Positions 41,797 to 53,100 of a stretch of DNA of 64,000 nt are shown piece after piece. The translations under genes were made by a program, and so were the position numbers. This DNA comes from Antedon mediterranea. Taxonomy: Eukaryota > Animalia > Echinodermata. The stretch is from contig NC_092673.1 in the NCBI RefSeq assembly GCF_964355755.1, positions 14,976,948 through 15,040,947 of the forward strand. The letters run 5' to 3'. Below the pieces are notes generated by a model. That model worked only from the letters and a program-made list of their open reading frames with translations, made no database searches and was not told the DNA's origin. Numbering within the stretch: position 1 is the first letter of the stretch; the number at the start of each line of letters is the position of its first letter.

Positions 41797-42617
41797 CCAT
41801 CCTTGAACAAAATGGTGATTACACCTCGTTTTTGCGAAAAGGATAATTCTTGAGAATTATAACTTTCATTTAACGCATCGCAAATCAAATGTTTAATATT
41901 ATTCCAAAAGAACACAAAAAATTCAACACTTAGACCATCCGATCCAGGTGTTTTATTTTTTTCCATCATTGAAATGGCCTTTTTACATTCATCAATAGTG
42001 ACGTAACCTTCACAATTTTCTTTTTCTATTTCTGAAAGCTTGTTTATAATAGAATTACAAGGGTATTTATTAATTTTTCCAGGGTTTATAACATTTTTTG
42101 CGTATAAACCTTCGAAATGTTGTATTTGTTCCTTTAAAATATCAATTGGGCTCGTTGCTAAGCTCCCATCCTTAGTAACTAAACTTTTTATGTGTTTCTT
42201 TTTACTTTTGGATATGATCTTTCTAATCCAAGAAAGTATTTTGTATTCCGCTTGCCTTCCTCTATCCATTTTACTCTGGACCTAATTTGCGCGCCTTTTG
42301 CTTCTACATTATAAATGTTTTCAAGCTCTATTTTTTTGTTTTCAATTTTATTTTCAATGGTTATATCACAATTTTGAGTATTCATAATTGTTTCATTTAA
42401 GTTTTTTATTTGTTTTTGTAATTTTTCTTTCCTTTTATTCTGGTTTTTATTTTTTTGTTTTCCGTATGCAATTGAAAATTCTTTTATTTTTGTTTTTACA
42501 AGCTCCCATAACAAACTTGCACTTACAGGTTCTCTATTATTTTTTAGTATTGAAACATCAATTATTTTAATTACTAATTTTGTAAATGTTTCATCTTTCA
42601 GAAAGCTATTGTTGAAC
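41797..42617 (-). pseudogene. LINE ORF2 segment between endonuclease and RT (5' part), frameshifted
   Basis: ORFs 42188-42688 and 41778-42269. Removing the Gypsy element and one CCATC copy restores ...ILFKDG|ERENLNNWRPI... Confidence 0.9.
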
Positions 42618-42619
42618 AT

Positions 42620-45600
42620 ATTGTATATATTGGGAGCCACCTCAGATGGTAGAGCGCGCGCTTCGCATTTGAGAGGTACCGGGATCAATGCCCGGGTTCT
42701 CCAATAATGTTGGTTAAAGTTTATTATCGGTACCGTTACATTTTTTTGATGAGATTTTTAACTAATGTATATATTTCATCGTAATAATACTGGTGACAAT
42801 ATGAACAGTAACAAAATAGCTACTGGATTCGAGTAAGTGTACAGATGGGGAACTAGCTCAGATGGTAGAGCGCTCGCTTTGCATGTGAGAGGTACCGGGA
42901 TCAATGCCCGGGTTCTCCACTAATGTTGGTTAAAGTTTATTACCGGTACTGTTACATTTTTTTTATGAGATTTTTAACTAATGTATATATTTCATCGCAA
43001 CAAAACTGGTGACAATATGAACAGTAACAAAATAGCTACTGGATTCGTGTAAGTGTATAGATGGGGAACTAGCTCAGATGGGAGAGCGCTCGCTTTCCAT
43101 GTGAGAGGTACCAGGATCAATGCCCGGGTTCTCCAATAACGTTGGTTAAAGTTTATTTCCGGTACTGTTACATTTTTTGAGATTTTAAACTACTGTATAT
43201 ATTTTATCTCAAAAATACTGGTGACAATATGAAGATTAATAAAATAGTTACTGGTTTCGTGCAATTGTATATATGGGGAAATAGCTCAGATGTTAGAGCG
43301 CTCACTTAGCATGTGAGAGGTACCCGTGTTCTCCAATAATGTTGGTTAAAGTTTATTTCCGGTATTGTTACATTCTTGGCTTAGATTTTTAACTACTATA
43401 TATATTTTATCGCAACAATACTGGTGACAATATGAAGATTAATCAAATATCTACTGGTTTTGTGCAGTATTGTATATATGGGGAACTAGCTCAGATGGTA
43501 GAGCGCTCGCTTAGCATGTGAGAGGTACCGGGATCAATGCTCAGGTTCTCCAATAATGTTGGTTAAAGGTTATTTCCGGTATTGTTACATTTCTTGCTGA
43601 GATTTTTAACTACTATATATATTGTATCGCAAAAAAACTGGTGACAATATGAAGATTAATAAAATATCTACTGGTTTCGTGCAATTGTATATATTGGGAG
43701 CTAGCTCAGATGGTAGAGCGCGCTTCGCATTTGAGAGGTACCGGGATCAATGCCCGGGTTCTCCAATAATGTTGGTTAAAGTTTATTATCGGTACCGTTA
43801 CATTTTTTTGATGAGATTTTTAACAAAAAACATCGCAACAAAACTGGTGACAATATGAACAGTAACAAAATAGCTACTGGATTCGTGTAAGTGTATAGAT
43901 GGGGAACTAGCTCAGATGGGAGAGCGCTCGCTTTCCATGTGAGAGGTACCAGGATCAATGCCCGGGTTCTCCAATAATGTTGGTTAAAGTTTATTACCGG
44001 TAATGTTACATTTTTGCCTCAGATTTTTAACTACTATATATATTTTATCGCAACAATACTGGTGAAAATATGAACAGTAATAAAATAGTTACTGGTTTCT
44101 TGTAATTCTACATACGGGGAACTAGCTCAGACGGTAGAGCGTTCGCTTAGCATATGAGAGGTACCGTGATGAATGCCCGGGTTCTCCAATAACGTTGGTT
44201 AAACTTTATTTCCGGTACTGTTACATTTTTTGAGATTTTAAACTACTGTATATATTTTATCTCAAAAATACTGGTGACAATATGAAGATTAATAAAATAT
44301 CTACTGGTTTCGTGCAATTGTATATATGGGGAACTAGCTCAGATGGTAGAGCGCTCGCTTCGCATGTGAGAGGTACCGGGATCAATGCCCGGGTTCTCCA
44401 ATATGTTAGTTAAAGTTTATTATCGGTACCGTTACATTTTTTTGATGAGATTTTTAACTAATGTATATATTTCATCGTAATAATACTGGTGACAATATGA
44501 ACAGTAATAAAATAGTTACTGGTTTCTTGTAATTCTACATACGGGGAACTAGCTCACATGGTAGAGCGCTCGCTTAGCATGTGAGAGGTACCGGGAGCAA
44601 TGCCCGTGTTCTCCAATAATGTTGGTTAAAGTTTATTTCCGGTATTGTTACATTCTTGGCTTAGATTTTTAACTACTATATATATATTATCGCAACAATA
44701 CTGGTGACAATATGAAGATTAATCAAATATCTACTGGTTTTGTGCAGTATTGTATATATGGGGAACTAGCTCAGATGGTAGAGCGCTCGCTTAGCATGTG
44801 AGAGGTACCGGGATCAATGCTCAGGTTCTCCAATAATGTTGGTTAAAGTTTATTTCCGGTACTGTTATATTTTTTTAGATGTTAAACTACTGTATATATT
44901 TGATCGTAACAATACTGGTTACAATATGAAGATTAATAAAATATCTACTGTTTTCGTGCAATTGTATAGATGGGGAACTAGCTCAGATGGTAGAGCGCTT
45001 GCTTAGCATGTGAGAGGTACCGGGATCAATGCTCAGGTTCTCCAATAATGTTGGTTAAAGTTTATTTCCGGTACTGTTATATTTTTTTAGATGTTAAACT
45101 ACTGTATATATTTGATCGTAACAATACTGGTTACAATATGAAGATTAATAAAATATCTACTGTTTTCGTGCAATTGTATAGATGGGGAACTAGCTCAGAT
45201 GGTAGAGCGCTTGCTTAGCATGTTAGAGGTACCGGGATCAATGCCCGGGTTCTCCAATAATGTAGGTTAAAGTTTATTTCCGGTACTGGAAAATTGTTTG
45301 AGATTTTAAACTACTGTATATATTTTATCGCATCAATACTGGTGACAATATGAAGATTAATAAAATATCTACTGGTTTCGTGCAATTGTATAGAAGGTGA
45401 ACTAGCTCAGATAGTAGGAGCGCTCGCTTTGCATGTGAGAGGTACCGGGATCAATGCCCCGGTTCTCCAATAATGTTGGTTAAAGTTTATTTCCGGTATT
45501 GTTACATTTCTTGCTGAGATTTTTAACTACTATATATATTTTATCGCAAAAATACTGGTGACAATATGAACAGTAACAAAATAGCTACTGGATTCGTGTA

Positions 45601-48600
45601 ATTGTATAGATGTGGAACTAGCTCAGATGGTAGAGCGCTCGCTTAGCATGTAAGAGGTACCTGGATCAATGCCCGGGTTCTCCAATAATGTTGGTAAAAG
45701 TTTATTATCGGTACCGTTACATTTTTTTGATGAGATTTTTAACTAATGTATATATTTCATCGTAATAATACTGGTGACAATATGAACAGTAACAAAATAG
45801 CTACTGGATCCGTGTAATTGTATAGATGTGGAACTAGCTCAGATGGTAGAGCGCTCGCTTAGCATGTGAGAGGTACCGGGATCAATGCCCGGGTTCTCCA
45901 ATAATGTTGGTTAAAGTTTATTTCCGGTACTGTCACATTTTTGGACATTTTAAGCTACTGTATATATTTTATCGCGACAATACTGGTGACAATATGAAGA
46001 TTAATAAAATATCTACTGGTTTCGTGCAATTGTAACTATGGGGAACTAGCTCAGATGGTAGAGCGCTCGTTTCGCATGTGAGAGGTACCGGGATCAATGC
46101 CCGGGTTCTCCAATAATGTTGGTTAAAGTTTATTACCGGTACTGTTACATTTTTTTGATGAGATTTTTAACTACTATATATATTTTATCGCAACAATACT
46201 GGTGACAATATGAACAGTAACAAAATAGCTACTGGATTCGTGTAATTGTCTAGATGGGGAACTAGCTCAGATGGTAGAGCGCTCGCTTAGCATGTGAGAG
46301 GTACCGGGATCAATGCCCGGGTTCTCCAATAATGTTGGTTAAAGTTTATTTCCGGTACTGTCACATTTCTGGACATTTTAAGCTACTGTTATATATTTTA
46401 TCGCGACAATACTGGTGACAATATGAAGATTAATAAAATATCTACTGGTTTCGTGCAATTGTAAATATTGGGAACTAGGTCAGATGGTAGAGCGCTCGTT
46501 TCGCATGTGAGAGGTACCGGGATCAATGCCCGAGTTCGCCAATAATGTTGGTAAGAGTTTATTATCGGTACCGTTACATTTTTTTGATGAGATTTTTAAC
46601 TAATGTATATATTTCATCGTAATAATACTGGTGACAATATGAACAGTAAAAAAATAGCTACTGGATTCGTGTAATTGTATAGATGGGGAACTAGCTCAGA
46701 TGGTAGAGTGCTCGCTTTGCATGTGAGAGGTACCGGGATCAATGCCCGGGTTCTCCAATAATGTTGGTTAAAGTTTATTACCGGTACTGTTACATTTTTT
46801 TGATGAGATTTTTAACTACTAAATATATTTTATCGCAACAATACTGGTGACAATATGAACAGTAACAAAATAGCTACTGGATTCGTGTACAGTAATTGTA
46901 TAGATGGGGAACTAGCTCAGATGGTAGAGCGCTCGCTTAGCATGTGAGAGGTACCGGGATCAATGCCCGGGTTCTCCAATAATGTTGGTTAAAGTTTATT
47001 TCCGGTACTGTAAAATTTTTTGAGATTTTAAACTACTGTATATATTTTATCGCATCAATACTGGTGACAATATGAAGATTAATAAAATATCTACTGTTTT
47101 CGTGCAATTGTATATATTGGGAACTAGCTCAGATGGTAGAGCGCTCGCTTTGCATGTGAGAGGTACCGGGATCAATGCCCGGGTTCTCCAATAATGTTGG
47201 TTAAAGTTTATTTCCGGTAATGTTACATTTTTGCCTTAGATTTTTAACTACTATATATATTTTATCGCAACAATACTGGTGAAAATATGAACAGTAATAA
47301 AATAGTTACTGGTTTCTTGTAATTCTACATACGGGGAACTAGCTCATTCGGTAGAGCGTTCGCTTAGGATATGAGAGGTACCGTGATCAATGCCCGGGTT
47401 CTCCAATAATGTTGGTTAAAGTTTATTTCCGGTACTGTTACATTTTTTGAGATTTTAAACTACTGTATATATTTTATGTCAACAATACTGGTGACAATAT
47501 GAACAGTAACAAAATAGCTACTGGATTCGTGTAAGTGTATAGATGGTGAACTATCTCAGATGGTAGAGCGCTCGCTTTGCATGTGAGATGTACTGGGATC
47601 AATGCCCGGGTTCTCCAATAATGTTGGTTAAAGTTTATTTCCGGTATTGTTACATTCTTGGCTTAGATTTTTAACTACTACATAAATTTTATCGCAACAA
47701 TACTGGTGACAATATGAACAGTAATAAAATAGTTACTGGTTTCTTGTAATTCTACATACGGGGAACTACCTCAGATGGTAGAGCGCTCGCTTAGCATGTG
47801 AGAGGTACCGGGATCAATGCCCGGGTTCTCCAATAATGTTGGTTAAAGTTTATTTCCGTTACTGTTACATTTTTTGAGATTTTAAACTACTGTATATATC
47901 AATACTGGTGACAATATGAAGATTAATAAAATATCTACTGGTTTCGTGCAATTGTATAGAAGGGGAACTAGCTCATATGGTAGAGCGCTCGCTTTGCATG
48001 TGAGTTGTACCGGGATCAATGCCCGGGTTCTCCAATAATGTTGGTTAAAGTTTATTTCCGGTACCGTTACATTTTTTTGATGAGATTTTTAACTAATGTA
48101 TATATTTCATCGTAGCAATACTGGTGACAATATAAACAGTAACAAAATAGATACTGGATTCGTGTAATTGTATAGATGGGGAACTACCTCCGATGGTAGA
48201 GCGCTCACTTTGCATGTGAGAGGTACCGGGATCAATGCCCGGGTTCTCCAATAATGTTGGTTAAAGTTTATTTCCGGTACATTTACATTTTTTTAGATTT
48301 TAAACTACTGTATATATTTTATCGCAACAATACTGGTGACAGTATGAAGATTAATAAAATATCTACTGGATTCTTATAATTGTATAGATGGGGAACTAGC
48401 TCAGATGGTAGTGCGCTCGTCTTGCATGTGAGAGGTACCGGGATCAATGCCCGGGTTCTCCAACAATGTTGGTTAAAGTTTATTTCCGGTACAGTTACAT
48501 TTTTTTGAGATTTTAAACTACTGTATATATTTCATCGCCACAATACTGGTGACAATATGAACAGTAACAAAATAGCTACTGGATTCGTGTAAGTGTATAG

Positions 48601-49200
48601 ATGGGGAACTAGGTCAGATGGTAGAGCGCTCGCTTAGCATATGAGAGGTAGCGATCAATGCCAGTGTTTTCCAATAATATTGGTTAAACGTTATTACCGG
48701 TACGGGGAACTAGCTCAGATGGTAGAATGCTCGCTTAGCATATGAGAGGTACCGGGATCAATGCCCGGGTTCTCCAATAATGTTGGTTAAAGTTTATTTC
48801 CGGTACAGTTACATTTTTTTGAGATTTTAAACTACTGTATATATTTTATCGCAACAATACTAGTGACAATATGAACAGTAACAAAATAGCTACTGGATTC
48901 GTGTAAGTGTATAGATGGGGAACTAGCTCAGATAGTAGAGCGCTCGCTTTGCATGTGAGAGGTACCGGGATCAATGCCCGGGTTCTCCAATACCTTTGGT
49001 CAAAGTTTATTTCCGGGACTGTTACATTTTTTGCTGAGATTTTAAACTACTGTATATATTTTATCGCAACAATACTGGTGACAATTATGAACAGTAACAA
49101 AATAGCTTCTGGATTCGTGTAAGTGTATAGATGGGGAACTAGCTCAGATGGTAGAGCGCCCGGGTTCTCCAATAATTTTGGTTAAACCGGTACTGTTACA
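42620..49200 (+). repeat. tRNA-Ala tandem array, distal diverged block (~38-40 units)
   Basis: Same unit with many more private substitutions and deletions. The final unit 49133-49171 retains only the acceptor stem, D-arm and the 3' strand of the T-stem. Confidence 0.95.
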
Positions 49201-49205
49201 TTTTG

Positions 49206-49665
49206 TACGCCATTGTTGGTGGATACGTTGCTGTTGGAGGTTACGCCATTGTTGGTGGTTACGTTGCTGTTGGAGGTTACGTCATTGTTGGTGGTTACAT
49301 TGCTGTTGGAGGTTACGCCATTGTTGGTGGTTACATTGCTGTTGGAGGTGACGCCCTTGTTGGAGGTTACGCTGCTGTTGGAGGTTACGCCATTGTGGTG
49401 GTTACGCTGTTGTTGGTGGTTACGCCATTGTTAGTGGTTACGCTGCTGTTGGAAGTTACGCCATTGTTGGTGGTTACGTGCTGTTGGAGGTTACACCGTT
49501 GTTGGAGGTTACACCGTTGTTGGAGGTTACGCCATTGTTGGTGGATACGTTGCTGTTGGAGGTTACGCCATTGTTGGTGGTTACGTTGCTGTTGGAAGTT
49601 ACGTCATTGTTGGTGGTTACATTGCTGTTGGAGGTTACGCCGTTTCTGTTGGTTACGCTGCTGTT
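49206..49665 (+). repeat. 18-bp minisatellite (GGTTACGCCATTGTTGGT / GGTTACGTTGCTGTTGGA, 36-bp super-period)
   Basis: About 25 alternating 18-bp units, directly visible. Confidence 0.93.
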
Positions 49666-50114
49666 TCAAGTCATTAACACCACTAAATTAACTATTTTAA
49701 TCGGTTGTCACTTATAATTTGGAATCATAGAAAGAATAAAGGAGACCACTCCACAAGTTGTAATTGTAATTGATTTATCTCTTTTGTTTGAGTATACCGC
49801 AGACCCCTCCCCCCAAAAGGGAACGAACCCGGAAGAGCAGGGAGATTTTCGTTACAATATCTTATTATGAAAATGATAGAGTGGATAGAACATAAATCGA
49901 AATAATTCATTACCGGTACTACTATTTTATTTTCATGAGCCTGGAAATTGTTGTTTTAATAGAAAGTAATTTCTATTGACTATGTTTTTTTCCCAAGAGA
50001 AACATGGAATAGCGCCCTCAATGTTTATTTCGTCTATCTAGCGTGTTGTATAGGAGGCCTCTATATAGGCCTAGGCTAGTCAAAATTCTTGTTTTAGATA
50101 AAATTTTGTGTAAA

Positions 50115-53100
50115 ATGAGTGTCTGTTTAGTAGTTATAGATGGATGGGGATTAAGTGATAACGTAGAAGGTAATATTTTTTATTATAGTTTTCAAAATAC
50201 TGTATTAATACATTATTGCAAAAATCTACTAGGTAGGCCTAGCCCTAGTAGCTAGGCTAGGCCTAGGCCTAGTAGGCCTAGGTAGGGCCTACTCTAGCTA
50301 GGTAGGCCTGTAGTAGTAGGCCTAGCCTGCCTAGCTAGGCCTACCTAGTAGGCCTAGCTAGGGCTAGCCTAGGCCAGTAGGGCGTGCTGGCTAGGCCGGT
50401 GCTAGGCCTAGGCCTACTTCGCACCGCGTTGCGCTGATTGTGAGTGACCACATGAAGTCTTTGTCAATTGGGTATTCTTGTCAATTGCCCAGTTTTAGGT
50501 GCGAAACTGCAGTAGTCCTAGCGCCCCCACCCTTTTTAGCCTAGTAGTAGTAGGCATAAACTAGACTTCATACCATAGTTTAGACCTAGGCCTAGATTCC
50601 TACTAGAGCCTAGGCCTAGCTAGGTAGATTGGCCTATGAAACGAAATACATAATTTTTATCGTTATGCCTAAAGATACGGTACCGTATCCATACTTTTAA
50701 AAACTAAAGGTACGGTAATTATAGAGGGCGCTATGTAATGTGGATGTTAATCAAATAGGTTATTGCATTGGTTTTCTGCAAGCCAGCTGTGTAGCCTAGT
50801 GGGCATGTGGTGAGGCTTTGGCTTAAGGGGTTGTAGGTTCGATACTCTTCTTGACGTCTTTTTTTATTTTTTTTTTTTTAGTTTTTAATTTAAGAGAGAT
50901 TATTTAGAGGGTTAGGTTTTTAATATTTAGGAAGGAGTTTAATATTTAGGAACGAGTTTTATATTTAGGAACGAGTTTTATATTTAGGTACGAGTTTTAG
51001 GAATGCAATTTTACCGTACTTTTAGCAAACGGAAGCGCCCTCTATAATTACCGTATCTTTAGTTTTTAAAAGCATGGATACGGTACCGTATCTTTAGCAA
51101 CGGCGAATTTTTATATAACTAAATAAGTTTCGAGGACCTTGTATATGAACTTCCGTTTGCTAAAGGTATGGTAAAATTGCATTCCTAATGCACTTGTCAA
51201 TTGTATGACCCACTATACGACCCCCGGGAGAGGTGCGTCATGGGTGCGTCATTTACAAATAATTACTGACGCAGGGGTGCGTCAAAAAACCTAGATGGTA
51301 CGTCACATCAATGAACAAGGTGTGTCAATGTCCGTCACTTTACCACCCACCATATCATAAACAACATGGTCACAGTGCTTCAAAATAGGTGCGTCATGGT
51401 CACCTAAAGGTAAGTCACCTTTTTGACGCACGGGTGCGTCATGGTATTCAAAAGTATGACGCACATCGGACAAATGACGCACCTCTCCCGGGGGTCGTAT
51501 AGTGGGTCATACAATTGACAAGTGCATAAATATAAAAAAACTTGTTCCTAAATATAAAACTCGTCCTAAATAAATAATAAAACTCGTCCTTAATATTAAA
51601 ACTCGTCCTAAATATTAAAACCTAACCCTCTAAAATTAATATCTCTATAAAAATTATAAAAAATCGTCAGGCAGAGAATCGATCCCGCAACCCCTAGGCC
51701 ATAACCCACCACGCTACACAGCTGGCTTTCAAAAAACCATTTCCATAACCTACTTGATTAACATCTATGTTTACATAGTGCCCTCTATAATTATCGTACC
51801 TTTAGAGTTTACAAGTACGAATACAGTACCGTATCTTTAGACTTTCAATTCAATTCAGTTTCTTTTTATTTCAGAAATATCATTCATATTAATAAACTTA
51901 TAAGCAAAAAAAAGAAAAATCGTAAACTCTAAACTTAAGTATATAGAATGCTTCTCCATCTACAATACATTTTGGAGTTATGGAGCATATGTTTGCAAAC
52001 ACAAGCAACAAGGATGTTAGTGTTACCACTATTCAGCATACGTTGCATGAAACCATAGGTAGAATAGATTTTCGCATGTACTCATTAAAGGAAGGGATAG
52101 CATGTTAAAAAAACATTGCACTGACACTACTACTTTAGTCATAGCGTTAAAAAATAGAGCTGGTAGGCCTACAGTAGGTCCCCAAAAATTGCACTTATAC
52201 ATTTTGAAATATAACTTGTGTCCAGGACCAGCCCAAACATGGGTTGGGGGCCGAGCGAAGACAATTTTGAAAAATACATCTGCTAAATACACTGTAGATC
52301 CCTGGAAATTGCACTTATTATACTCTGAAATGAAACGAAATATATATGCCTCCAGGATGATTGGAGCTGAGCTAAAAATTGAAAAATAGAGCTGACTAAA
52401 GTATATTGCATACACTTTGAAAATGTCAGGCCTTGGCCTAAAAAGGTGGACCTTTTTGCACCCCTGTAAATTATATTATATGACATGTTAAGATATATAA
52501 CAAATATTAAGTGTTTAAAAAATTGTAACTAAACCTGCCCTAGTACTAGTACTTAGTAGTAGAGATTTACACCTGTTAATAAATCGATTTCACATTAAAT
52601 TATCATAATCATCCAACAAGGATGCACAATTTCATATTGCACTATGAACATCATTTTCCAAATTGCACAATTTGAACACACAATAAATGATATGGATGGA
52701 AGGAAAATCTCTGTCATAATTCACTCTGCACAGAACTCTGGTGGACTGAAATTTTGGTAAAGTAAAAGTTGAGGCTGTAGAGATACCCGGACCCTCTAGA
52801 ACTAAAACAATAATTGTCAATATGACTGTGTTTAAATTGCACCAAAATTGTGTAATTTCAAATAAGAAATTTCTTAAAATCTTTTTAATTCACTTTAGGT
52901 AATGCAATAAAGAATGCGGAAACCCCTATTATGGATTCACTGTGTAATCCAGCTAACAGTCAGTTTGTAACACTGGATGCTTCTGGTCTTGCTGTGGGCC
53001 TTCCAGATGGTCTCATGGGCAATAGTGAGGTTGGACACTTGACCATTGGTGCTGGCAGGATCATTTACCAAGTAAGATGACAATTCTTGACCAGATGAAC

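Larger units (their letters stand above)
33204..42618 (-). mobile_element. 5'-truncated non-LTR retrotransposon (L1/Tx1-type LINE), interrupted by a nested Gypsy element
   Basis: Minus-strand ORF2 fragments: FNNSFLKD, GAQIRSRVKWIEEGKRNTKYF, KTPGSDGLSVEFF, NWRPITLLNTDYKI, DFKKAFDSI, GIRQGCPLS, QLADDT and C-terminal CDKC..HLFFSC. The 3' end has AATAAA (33243-33238) and a short A tail (T run 33204-33213). No endonuclease domain or ORF1, and no TSD seen. Confidence 0.92.

Noticed and set aside
34005-42570. Antisense ORFs over the LINE and Gypsy coding regions (34817-35281, 37345-38465, 39288-39536, 42040-42570, etc.)
   Set aside because: Shadow frames of real retroelement ORFs.
49148-49717. GGYAIV-, CWW- and VTLLL-repeat ORFs resembling structural proteins
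   Set aside because: All frames are open merely because the 18-bp unit lacks stops; indels switch frames freely, and no credible start or splice context is visible.
50781-50860. Possible tRNA gene in iPGM intron 1
   Set aside because: A/B-box-like motifs are present but no cloverleaf can be folded; it lies inside a repeat element.
52029-52820. Intronic ORFs of 60-128 aa
   Set aside because: No recognisable domains; they lie within iPGM intron 1.
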